Source: a virus
Taxonomy: Duplodnaviria > Caudoviricetes
Length of the DNA stretch: 59,962 bases
IMG/VR virus record: IMGVR_UViG_3300045996_001403
Location: 1 to 59,962 of that record
Direction: 5' to 3' (one strand)
Shown: one piece after another, positions 40,460 through 49,559 of the stretch
Position numbering within the stretch: the stretch's first letter is position 1
How the letters are laid out: the number at the start of each line of letters is the position of its first letter
Translations under genes and position numbers: made by a program
The notes under the pieces: model-generated
Told to the model about the DNA's origin: nothing
Databases searched by the model: none
What the model saw: the letters and a program-made list of their open reading frames with translations, nothing else

Positions 40460-41347
40460 ATGGCCCGCATCCGCTCCATCAAGCCGGAGTTGCGGACCTC
40501 CGACCTCGTGGCCTCCTGGCCCATCGAGATGCGCTACTTCTTCGTGCTGCTCTGGGGGTACCTGGACGACAAGGGCAGGGGCCTCGACGCGCCCAAGCAG
40601 ATCGCCGGTGACTGCTTCCCGCACGACGAGAAAATCACCTCGACTCACGTCGACAACTGGCTCGAACAGATGCGGGTTGCACTGCGTGGAACGCAAGGAC
40701 CGATCTGCCGCTACGAAGTGGACGGTCGTCGCTACCTCCACTGCGTGAACTGGGGCGAGCATCAGCGACCCAACCGGCCGACTCCGTCACGCCTCCCACC
40801 TTGCCCTTTGCACGAAACACTCAGTGAGCCACTCACTGAGGAACTCACTGAGTCGCTCACTGAGACCCCGTTGAGGGACTCAGTGCCCGGAGCAGGGGAG
40901 CAGGGGAGCAGGGGAGCAGGGGAGCAGTACAACAACACCGCGCACCGCTCCGCGGCGGAGATGTTCGCCCGCTTCTACGCCGCCTACCCCCGCAAGGCCG
41001 GACGCAAGGCAGCGGAGAAGGCGTGGGCCAAAGCCCTCAAGGACGGAACCGATCCGGAGATGCTCGTCCAGGCCGCCGGCCGCTACGCCGGAGAGCGGGC
41101 AGGGCAGGACCCGAAGTTCACCCCCCATCCGGCGACGTGGCTGAACCAGGGCCGCTGGGACGACGACCCCGAACCTGTCGGCCCTCGCGTGTACAACCAG
41201 CCGCAGACGGGCACCGGCTCCCGGCGGATGGACAAGGTCCTCTCTGCCCTCGACCCGAACGATCCGTTCCTCGCCCAGTACGGCCAGGCACCACCCGACT
41301 CCCCCGCCGAACAGTTCCTGGTCATCGAAGGAGGACGCAGCGCATGA
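40460..41347 (+). CDS. Replication initiator protein
   Basis: 'MARIRSIKPE', 'LWGYLDDKGR', 'FYAAYPRKAGRKAAEKAW', 'HPATWLNQGRWDD'. Confidence 0.82.
   Translation: MARIRSIKPELRTSDLVASWPIEMRYFFVLLWGYLDDKGRGLDAPKQIAGDCFPHDEKITSTHVDNWLEQMRVALRGTQGPICRYEVDGRRYLHCVNWGEHQRPNRPTPSRLPPCPLHETLSEPLTEELTESLTETPLRDSVPGAGEQGSRGAGEQYNNTAHRSAAEMFARFYAAYPRKAGRKAAEKAWAKALKDGTDPEMLVQAAGRYAGERAGQDPKFTPHPATWLNQGRWDDDPEPVGPRVYNQPQTGTGSRRMDKVLSALDPNDPFLAQYGQAPPDSPAEQFLVIEGGRSA
40819..40927. repeat. Putative origin iterons within rep: CTCA(G/C)TGAG x4 at 12-bp period, then GGAGCAGG x4.9
   Basis: Repeats read directly in the inter-domain linker of the initiator gene. Confidence 0.75.
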
Positions 41348-41853
41348 ACCCCGCAGAGGCCGGACGCATCCTCGCCGTCGCCATCGGCTTCGACTCCCGG
41401 ATGCCGCAACCCGACCCGCGAGGATTCCTCCGGGGCATCTGGGCCGACGCTCTGGCCGACGTGCCCTACGAGGATGCCTACCGGGTGGTGATCGGCTACT
41501 ACACGTCCGAGCGGTACCTGGACAGGCGCGAGCCGATCTCCCCCGCGGACATCGTCGTCGGCGCCAGGAAGCTCCGCTCCGTCGGCAACGCCCCGGACGT
41601 GAAGTCCCTCCCCGTCGGGGCAGGGTCGTCGGAGGAGGTGCGCGCCTCCGCGATGGCCGCAGCCCGCGAGGTGTTCGCCCGCCTGCCCCAGTTGGCGAAC
41701 GCAGGCCAGATGCCCGCATCGCTGCGCCGGCTGACCCGCAAGGCCCGGAACACCCAGCGGCGAGCAGAGGCGGCAAGCCGCGCGCTGGCCGAACTGGACC
41801 AGCTCGTCCGCGAGACCTCCCCCAACCCCGACACCACCACCGAAGGGGCCTGA
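41344..41853 (+). CDS. Putative helicase loader/inhibitor-like protein
   Basis: Follows rep; 'EAGRILAVA...WADALADVPYEDA...ISPADI'. Confidence 0.55.
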   Translation: MNPAEAGRILAVAIGFDSRMPQPDPRGFLRGIWADALADVPYEDAYRVVIGYYTSERYLDRREPISPADIVVGARKLRSVGNAPDVKSLPVGAGSSEEVRASAMAAAREVFARLPQLANAGQMPASLRRLTRKARNTQRRAEAASRALAELDQLVRETSPNPDTTTEGA

Positions 41854-41856
41854 CCC

Positions 41857-42303
41857 ATGCCCGGACTGCCCGAAGTCACCATGACCGGCACGCTGACCGC
41901 CGATCCCGAGCTGCGTTTCACCCAGGGCGGGCACGCGGTGGTGTCGTTCACCGTCGCCTGCAACGACCGCAAGTTCGACCGGGACTCGAACAAGTGGATC
42001 GACGGTGACGCCACGTTCGTCCGCTGCAACCTGTGGCGCCAGGCCGCCGAGAACGTGGCGGAGTCCCTGACCCGCGGCAACCGCGTGATCGTGGTGGGCC
42101 AGCTCAAGCAGCGGAAGTACACCCCGAAGGACGGCCCCGAGCGCACCGTGTTCGAGCTGGAGGTGTCCGAGGTCGGGCCGTCGCTGCGGTTCGCCACGGC
42201 GAAGGTCAACAAGGCTGACCGCAACGGTGGTGGGCAGTCGGCCCCGGCCTCCGACCCGTGGGGCAGCGCACCGTCCGCCTTCGACACCCCGCCGCCCTTC
42301 TAG
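41857..42303 (+). CDS. ssb: Single-stranded DNA-binding protein
   Basis: 'GTLTADPELRFT', 'WRQAAENVAESLTRG.RVIV', C-terminal 'DTPPPF'. Confidence 0.95.
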   Translation: MPGLPEVTMTGTLTADPELRFTQGGHAVVSFTVACNDRKFDRDSNKWIDGDATFVRCNLWRQAAENVAESLTRGNRVIVVGQLKQRKYTPKDGPERTVFELEVSEVGPSLRFATAKVNKADRNGGGQSAPASDPWGSAPSAFDTPPPF

Positions 42304-42837
42304 CCCGTGATCCTCTGCACGGAGTGCCGGTGTCCGCTCGATCCCCGTCTCGGGCGGACCCGGCACCCCAACCCCCGATGTGATCCGGGCCCGGCGTGGT
42401 GGTTGCGCCCGGAGTGGCAGGAGTGGCTGAGGCAAGCAACGCAGACACCCTCAAAAACACCGTCACAAAACGCCGTAGGGCCACGAACCCCCTCTGCCGC
42501 TAGCGAGGAGACCTGACGACATGGATCTGACCGACTACAACGCTCGCTGGAACTACGCCCGCAAGGTCGAGCGCAACGGCCCGATCAAGCCCACGATCGA
42601 CCACCTGACCCTGCTGGCCCGATCCTGCTGGGACTGGAACGGCGACGAGTTCGGCTCGCCCTCCATGGACCCCAAGCGCCCGTTCGGCAACAGCGACGTC
42701 GAGGACGACATGGCCGAGCTGCTGCCGCACCTCTCCGCGAGTGAGCGGCTGAAGCTGTACTGCGAGCTGCCCGCCGTGCTGGCGTACATCACCAACGACG
42801 ACCGCATGGTGCAGGCCATCGCGGTGGAGGCGCAGCG

Positions 42838-43209
42838 ATGAGCACCCCCAAGCGCATCCAGCGCAGACGGACCGCCGGGTGGCGGATGCCCGAGGGGGCG
42901 GTGTACGTCGGCCGCCCCTCGCGGTGGGGCAACCCGTTCCGGATCGGCGTGCCGTTCTGCGGGCCTACCATCCGCGAACCGCACTCGCCCACCGAGGTGG
43001 TCGACGCGTTCCGCACGTGGATCGCGCTGGACACTCTTGCCCCGCTGTTCTGGGATCGCGAACTGATTGCGGCCCATGTGCAGATGAAGGCTGGGCTCGC
43101 CCGCGGTGACCTGCTTGGCAGGGACCTCGCGTGCTGGTGCCCACTGGACCAGCCGTGTCACGCGGACGTACTGCTCCGCATCGCCAACGAGGAGGAAGAC
43201 CGTGGCTGA
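42838..43209 (+). CDS. DUF4326 protein
   Basis: 'PKRIQRRRT.GWRMP..AVYVGRPSRWGNPF...LACWCPLDQPCHADVL'. Confidence 0.85.
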   Translation: MSTPKRIQRRRTAGWRMPEGAVYVGRPSRWGNPFRIGVPFCGPTIREPHSPTEVVDAFRTWIALDTLAPLFWDRELIAAHVQMKAGLARGDLLGRDLACWCPLDQPCHADVLLRIANEEEDRG

Positions 43210-43977
43210 CGCCATCACCCCCGCCCAGCTTGCCGCCGCCGTGGAGGCATGCCACGTGCCGATGTTCGCTTTCCGCCACCCGAACCGGCAGATCGACGCC
43301 GTCTTGGAGGCCGCGTGGCCCGAGGTGCACGAGGACGACGTGCCCGCCGAGGCGCACCGCGCAGCCCGTGCCGCCGCCGAGGAGGTGCGCGAGGGTGGCG
43401 CCCCCGCGGTCCTCGCGGCCCTGAACGCCGCCGCCCCGTACATGCCCACCGTCGGGACGACCCGTGGCTGACACCCCCACTGCCCGCGTCCTCCTGGACG
43501 CCGCCACCCGAGCGGTGGAGACGGCACACGAGCAGCACCTGACCACCGCCCAGGTTGTGACCGCCGCGGTCCTGCGGGCCCTGTCCGCCGAGCTGGCCTC
43601 CGCCCCCGTGGACTGGCCGGACCCGCTGGACCTGGACGACATGGCGGGCCGGATCGAAAGGGGAGAGGCGTGAGCAACTGCGACGTATGCGGCGAGGAGC
43701 CCTCCGTTGGAGTGGCCAGCGTGCCCGGAATGCCCGTGAGCGTGGCCTACGGCAGGAAGTGCCTACAGGCCAATGCCCACCCGTGGGGGCTATTGGTGGC
43801 GAACACTGCGCTGTGTGGCGGCTTCGATCAGACCGCCGAGTGGTGGCAGGAGATGGTGACGGCCACCTGCGGCCACCTCGGGAGGTCTCTCACCGAGTTC
43901 GAGGCCGACGTTCGAGCCGAGATCATGGAGGAAGGCCGCCGACTTCGCGAGTGGCATGAGACGAGCGAGGACGGCGA

Positions 43978-44535
43978 GTGACCGCGGTCGTCGGCTTGGA
44001 CCTGAGCCTGACCTCCTCCGGCCTGGCCCGCATCACCTGGGGTCGGGACCGGACGGTGGTGACGGAGACGTGGCACCGCGGGGAGGCGGGGGTGACGACC
44101 CTGCCCGACCCGGCGGACCGCTGCACGGCACTGCACCGGCTCAAAGCGGACATCGTGGAGTGGGCGCACCCGGCGCACTTGGTGGTCGTGGAGAAGCTGG
44201 TGCCCAACCCGGTGAGCAGGTCGACGAACGAGCGGGCCGCGCTGTGGTACCTGACGGTGTCGGCCCTGGTCAGCCGGGGCTCGTCGGTGGTCGAGGTGCA
44301 TCCGGGCACGCTGAAGCGCTACGCCACCGGCCGTGGCGGCGCGCCGAAGCAGGAGATGCGGGCAGCGGCGAAGGCCAACTTCCCCGGGGTCGTCACCGCC
44401 TGCTCGGACGAGGACGACGCGCTGTGGCTCGCCGCCCTCGGGGTCCAGGTTCTCGACGGCCCGCTGGAGCACCTGTGGACCGCCGAGCGTCGGGAGATCA
44501 CTGCGGGCATCCGGGCATCCCCGTTCGCCGCCTGA
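43978..44535 (+). CDS. RuvC-like Holliday junction resolvase
   Basis: 'VVGLDLSLTSSG', 'VVVE', 'LKRYATGRGGAPK', 'DEDDA'. Confidence 0.85.
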   Translation: MTAVVGLDLSLTSSGLARITWGRDRTVVTETWHRGEAGVTTLPDPADRCTALHRLKADIVEWAHPAHLVVVEKLVPNPVSRSTNERAALWYLTVSALVSRGSSVVEVHPGTLKRYATGRGGAPKQEMRAAAKANFPGVVTACSDEDDALWLAALGVQVLDGPLEHLWTAERREITAGIRASPFAA

Positions 44536-44544
44536 CCGGGAGGG

Positions 44545-44760
44545 CTACTCGGGGGCGGGGTCGCCCGCGAGGTCGGGGCGGTGCTCCTTGATCCAAGCCT
44601 CGACGTCCTCGACTCGCCATACCGCCCCCATGGCGAGGGTGTCGTAGGGCTCGGGCCAGTCGGGGCGACGGGTGAGTTGGTAGACGCGCTGTCGGCTGAC
44701 GCCGAGACGGTCTTCGATCTCGCGGGCGCCCATGAGGTGTTTCGGCACATCGGTCAACAT
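44545..44760 (-). CDS. AlpA-like HTH regulator (leaderless)
   Basis: 'LMGAREIEDRLGVSRQRVYQL..PDWPEP..L..G.VW..EDVEAW'; TAGTCT 7 nt before the ATG. Confidence 0.82.
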   Translation of the reverse strand: MLTDVPKHLMGAREIEDRLGVSRQRVYQLTRRPDWPEPYDTLAMGAVWRVEDVEAWIKEHRPDLAGDPAPE

Positions 44761-44767
44761 AGACACC

Positions 44768-44819
44768 AGACTAGTAGGCACTTGCCAACTGAACAATGGA
44801 CTACTAGTCTCGTGCCTAC
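44768..44819. promoter_or_regulatory. Mirror-symmetric divergent promoters with inverted repeats
   Basis: AGACTAGTAG (44768-77)/CTACTAGTCT (44801-10); rightward TTGCCA-17-TAGTCT; leftward TTGTTC-17-TAGTCT. Confidence 0.8.
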
Positions 44820-44864
44820 CCCCCCTGGCGGGGGGCACGAGGACCGCCACCTTCGGAGGAAGAC

Positions 44865-45434
44865 ATGACCGCAGCCACCGCCCGTACCGTCACCACCTCG
44901 GTCCGCCGTGCCCTCCGCTCCGCTGGCCTGCTGGACGCGGTGGTCAAGACCGGCACCCGCCAGGACGGAGACACCTGGGTAACCAACGTCGAGACCGTCA
45001 CCAAGGACCAGGCCGCGGTCGTGGCGGACGACCTGCGCGCCACCTTCCCGGCGGTGGAGGTCCGGGGCGGCATGAACTTCTTCGAGGTCCGGATCACCCA
45101 GCCGGTCGCCACCCCCGAGCCCGCGCCGGTCGTCGAGGAGCAGCCCGCAGCCAAGCCGGTCAAGCGGTGGAAGTCCCGCGACGAGATCCAGGCGGAGCGG
45201 GACAGCCTGGACATGGAACAGGTCAACGAGCTGGTGGACTTCCTGTTCACCGCGTGGCGGGGGCACCGGCTCACGAGCGCCGCCAAGGCGGTCCGCCTGG
45301 AGCACGCCCGGGACCAGGTCCTGCTGGAGTGGGTGGACCACTACCTGAGCGAGCGCATCGGCAGCGTCTCGCCGGTCTACCTCGCGCCGATCCCCGGCAC
45401 CCGCAACTACCTGCTCGACAAGGTCTACGCCTGA
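44865..45434 (+). CDS. Hypothetical protein, first gene of the cassette
   Basis: RBS GGAGGA, strongly GC3-biased codons. Confidence 0.7.
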   Translation: MTAATARTVTTSVRRALRSAGLLDAVVKTGTRQDGDTWVTNVETVTKDQAAVVADDLRATFPAVEVRGGMNFFEVRITQPVATPEPAPVVEEQPAAKPVKRWKSRDEIQAERDSLDMEQVNELVDFLFTAWRGHRLTSAAKAVRLEHARDQVLLEWVDHYLSERIGSVSPVYLAPIPGTRNYLLDKVYA

Positions 45435-45444
45435 TCAACCTCAC

Positions 45445-45505
45445 GGCGAAACGGGACTCCGGTCCCGTCTCCCGGATTGGCATTCCGGGACTGACGAGCC
45501 TGCCG
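45445..45505 (+). ncRNA. Type II hammerhead ribozyme with loop-I pseudoknot
   Basis: GGC-GAAA-CGGGAC(TCCG)GTCCCG-TC-TCCCGGA(TTGGCAT)TCCGGGA-CTGACGA-GCC-TGCCG: all core residues and three stems; GUC cleavage after 45469. Confidence 0.92.
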
Positions 45506-45521
45506 CACCAGAGGAGACGAC

Positions 45522-46196
45522 ATGACCGCCGCCCTGTTGGACTCGCACATCACCGCCACCGTCCGCCTCGCCGCAACCCACCTCACCAACGGCAAGCTCC
45601 CCGTCCCCGCCCGCATCCGCGAGCAGTTCGCCCCCGACGCCAAGATCCGCGTCGACCTCATCGACGCGTTCGGCGGCTCCCGCAGCCTCGGCACCTTCAC
45701 CGCGCGGCAGACCGGCATCACCCTCACCGGCATCACCTGGCCCGAGGACATGCGCGCCGACGAGCGCGTCGAGCTGAGCGTCATGCGCGGCGGCGACTCC
45801 CGGTGGATCGGCGTCTACATCGACACCACCCCCGCCCCGGCCGAGCCCCCGAAGCCCGAGTCCGTGCAGGGCGCCGTGCAGATCCTGTCCCGCGAGATCG
45901 TCGCCACCGCCCAGATCAACGGCGGCACCCGCGTTGTCGAACTGTCCATCATCGGGAACACCGACGGGCGCCGGACCTGGACCACCTACCGGACCGCCGC
46001 CTACGACTCCAACCACCCCAACCCCTACCCCTCGGTGGGCATCGGCCCCGCCGACACCCCGGAGCAGATCGAGGCCGCCCGCGCCGACGCGAGCACCCTG
46101 CTCGACCCCAGCGGCGACCCGCAGTGCTGCGACTGCTGGTCTGGTTGGGACCCCTACTGCGGCAAGACCGGCTGCTGGGGCGTCTACCGCCCCTGA
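45522..46196 (+). CDS. Hypothetical protein with Cys-rich C-terminus
   Basis: RBS GAGGAG just 3' of the ribozyme; 'QCCDCW..YC...C'. Confidence 0.7.
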   Translation: MTAALLDSHITATVRLAATHLTNGKLPVPARIREQFAPDAKIRVDLIDAFGGSRSLGTFTARQTGITLTGITWPEDMRADERVELSVMRGGDSRWIGVYIDTTPAPAEPPKPESVQGAVQILSREIVATAQINGGTRVVELSIIGNTDGRRTWTTYRTAAYDSNHPNPYPSVGIGPADTPEQIEAARADASTLLDPSGDPQCCDCWSGWDPYCGKTGCWGVYRP

Positions 46197-46264
46197 TCCC
46201 CGGCGGGGCGGGCTCCACTTCGCCGCCCGCCCCGCCTCCCGCCTCACCGCCAGAGGAGAACCCC

Positions 46265-46420
46265 GTGCGCACCGGCACCGAGACCTTCACCACCGCCTGC
46301 CTGCCCGTCACCTACGACCAGTCCCGCGCCGACGCCGGCCTGCCGCCGTGGGCCAGCGAGGACGGCGGCCAGTACTTCCTGGACTCCGAGGTCATCGAGA
46401 CCTCCGACCAGGAGGGCTGA
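46265..46420 (+). CDS. Small protein, paralog of 33812-34018
   Basis: RBS GAGGAG; shared 'EDGGQYFLDSEV' motif. Confidence 0.65.
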   Translation: MRTGTETFTTACLPVTYDQSRADAGLPPWASEDGGQYFLDSEVIETSDQEG

Positions 46421-46653
46421 CCCGTGTCCGCCATGTCCAAACTCGACGCCACCCTCCGCTCCCTCGGTTACCCCGTCCACTTGGACGACGACGGCCGGGG
46501 AGACCCGTGGGTGCAGACCGGTCCCGACGCGTTCCAGTTCGTCATCTTCGGCATGTCCGGGCCGCGTATGGCCCACGGCGCCCTCACCCGTGCGCAGGTG
46601 GAGTCCCACTGCGGCCGGCTCGTGCCGCTCCCCGACTGACAGGAGAATGATCA

Positions 46654-47199
46654 GTGCCTCCGCTCAAGCATCACTCCATCAGTTCGTCCGCCCGATCGCT
46701 GTCCGACCTCGTGCACTCCGTCGACTCCGGCGACCTCGACCTGTCCCCGCCGTACCAGCGCGGCGACGTGTGGACCGACGCGCAGCGCGCCAACCTGATC
46801 AAGTCCATCCTGATCGGCATCCCGATCGCGGCGATCGTGCTGAACCGCCGCGGCGACAACCGGGCATGGGAGCAGCGCACGGGCAGGCTCAAGATGAGCG
46901 AGCCCTACTTCGCTTGCATCGACGGCAAGCAGCGCCTGACCACGGTCGGCCTGTGGCTGAACGACGGACTGTGGGTGCCGGGCGAGTGGTTCGACGGGGT
47001 GTACGGCGCGGCCGTCGTGACCTACCAGATGCTGCCGGTGGTCACCCAGCGGTTCTTCCTCAACCGCGCCGTCATTCCGGTTGCCGAAGCCACGCTGGGC
47101 AGCGTCGAAGAGGAGGCGGAGGTGTACGACCTCATCAACTCCGCTGGCACCGCGCACACCCGGGCCGACCTGGACCGCGCCCGCGCACTGCGGGCCTGA
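46654..47199 (+). CDS. Stand-alone DUF262 (ParB/GmrSD N-terminal-like) protein
   Basis: 'PPYQRGDVW', 'LIKSILIGIPI', 'IDGKQRLTT'. Confidence 0.85.
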   Translation: MPPLKHHSISSSARSLSDLVHSVDSGDLDLSPPYQRGDVWTDAQRANLIKSILIGIPIAAIVLNRRGDNRAWEQRTGRLKMSEPYFACIDGKQRLTTVGLWLNDGLWVPGEWFDGVYGAAVVTYQMLPVVTQRFFLNRAVIPVAEATLGSVEEEAEVYDLINSAGTAHTRADLDRARALRA

Positions 47200-49052
47200 C
47201 TCCGGAGCGCCGCAGGCCCGCCCCGGAGGGGCCCGGAACACCCCCTGACCACCCTCTCCCTACCAACCTCCAGAAGGGCCCGACATGAGCATCAGGCAGA
47301 TCCCCGAGCCGACCACCGTCGAGGAGTTGGCGGCCCGCCTCGTCACCACCGCGAAGTCCGCGATGGCGGCAGGATCACCGGAGGAGGTGGTGCGCGAGGT
47401 GCTGATGGGCCTGGCCAGCAGCCGGGTATCGGCACGTCGCGGGCGGAATGCCGACGTCGTGCCGCTGGCCGTGGTCCGCGAGCTGGCCGCCGAGGTCGCG
47501 CGCTCGAAGCACGGCCGGTCCTGACCCCCGTATCCCGCACCAAGCCCCAGGAGGAGAGAAGTGGACACCCCGCCCCGGCGCACCGAGGTACGCCACCGCA
47601 TCCTGCACGCCGCGTCCATCGGCAAGGTCCGCCTTGCCCCGAAGGGCAGCGCCCGCGAGTGGGACTTCAAGGTGTACTTCACGACCTACCCGCAGATGGC
47701 CCGCGCGGCGAACACGCTCTGGGAGGCCGGCTTGCTCCAGTTCTCCGACGACTTCGAGGTGCTGCCGACCACCGCGGGCGACAACGAGCTGTACCGGTGG
47801 AACAACCGCTACGGCCGCACGACCTTCTGACCACCCTCTCCCTCTGTTCCCGGAAGGGGAAGACATGACCTCCGATGCGGCTCCATCGCGACGTAGGGGG
47901 ACGACCAAGCCAAGACGGTTGCTCACACTTGCGAAGCGCGTTCCCATCGAAGTGGCCCTGATGATGTGGCGTTGGATCGCCGGTCTGCACGAACCGATCG
48001 ACATTGGCCCGCCGACCTACACGTGGTGCTCCTACTGTGCGGTCCCGTGGCCGTGCGATTCGTTCGTGTCGGCCACCGACATGATCGAGAGTCTGACCGG
48101 AGGTGCTACCAGTGACCAACCATGATCCGGCTACGCCGGGGGCCTCCGGCACTCCGATGGACCTGGTGGGCAAGACCGTGCGGTGGGAGCACGAAGGTCG
48201 CTGGTTCACCGCGAACGTGACGAAGTTCCAGCCCGAGGTCGGGGTGTGGGACTGCGTGGTGGTGGACCCGGGCACGTTCCGGTTCTGGGAGCCGGGTCAC
48301 GAGACCTACTTCGGCGTGCGCGAGCTGGTCACCGTCATCGACTCCGAGCCCTACACCGAAGACGAGGAGTGCGAGTGATCCGCTACACCGATGTCGCGGC
48401 CGTGGACACCACCTGGGCCGTGAGAATCACCCCGTTAATCTCCACCACGCTGTCCACGGTGCGGGAGATGCTGAAGCTGGCTTCCTACAGCGCACCCCTC
48501 ACCGCCTACGCCAGCGGGTCCGAGGACGAGATTTACTCGATCATCCTCGCCCGCGACCCGTCCCGCACTCACGGCACACCCAGCCCGGAGGACTGCGATC
48601 GGGCCGTTCGGGAGATCACGGCTATCAGCCACTGGACCGCCACGTACCGCACCACCGGATCGATGGTGGCCATGGGGTTGAGGGAGGGCTACGACCCGGA
48701 CGCGCACGTGTGGACCATCGACGAGGTCCGTGCCGTCTGCCCCGGCGTGCCCGCTGCCGCGGTGCACCTGCTGTCGGCCCGCCGCACCGGAGACGAGGTC
48801 CAATGGTGGGAGGAGCCGTGCGCCCTCCTCACCCCCGCTGCTGTCGACGTCGAACTGATGGATCACCTGGCGCACGGGATGAGCCAGGACCGCTACACCG
48901 TGACCGACTGGACCGCCGGCCGCACCCACGCCCGCGCGCGAACCCGAGGAGCATCCGTGGAGACCTGCCTGAACTGCTGGCGAGCCGACCAGGGCGACGC
49001 GAGCCACTGCGGCTCCTGCCCCTGCTGCACCCCGACCGAGGAGTCCTGACCC

Positions 49053-49559
49053 GTGGACATCGAGACCTACATGCGCGAGGCCCGACGCTTCGACAACCAC
49101 CGCCCGGAGGCCATGCTCGACGCTCTGGTCCACGGGCTCATGGCAGAGGTGGGGGAGGTGTGGGGGTGTCTTCTTGATCGGGACTACGGCCTGGGCGTGC
49201 TCCATGAGATGGGCGACGTGGCGTGGAACGTCGCGCGACTCGCGGACGTCGTTGGTGTGCCGCCAGCCGAACTGGTTCGCGACCAGTGGGAGCCAGCGGT
49301 TGACGACCTTGCGGCAGCTGGCGAGCTGGTGCGCCATGCGGCAGCAGTGGCGGGATTGCTGGAGAAGTCGCATCGTATTGTCAAGTTCCCTTGGGATTTG
49401 CATGACAGAATCGCCCAAGCCTTGCATGAAACTTGGCAGGCCCTTGAGTGTTATGCGGGCTGGCATAGGTATGGCATGGACGTGGTCATGCGGACCAACA
49501 TCGACAAGCTCACCGCCCGGTACGCCGAGCGTGGACTGACCGTCAAGGAGGCGTCGTGA
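49053..49559 (+). CDS. MazG-like NTP pyrophosphohydrolase
   Basis: 'GLMAEVGEV', 'EMGDVAWN', 'NIDKLTARY'. Confidence 0.7.
   Translation: MDIETYMREARRFDNHRPEAMLDALVHGLMAEVGEVWGCLLDRDYGLGVLHEMGDVAWNVARLADVVGVPPAELVRDQWEPAVDDLAAAGELVRHAAAVAGLLEKSHRIVKFPWDLHDRIAQALHETWQALECYAGWHRYGMDVVMRTNIDKLTARYAERGLTVKEAS

Noticed and set aside
33910-46394. DGR template/variable repeat pair
   Set aside because: No reverse transcriptase, and the single mismatch is C/G rather than adenine-specific.
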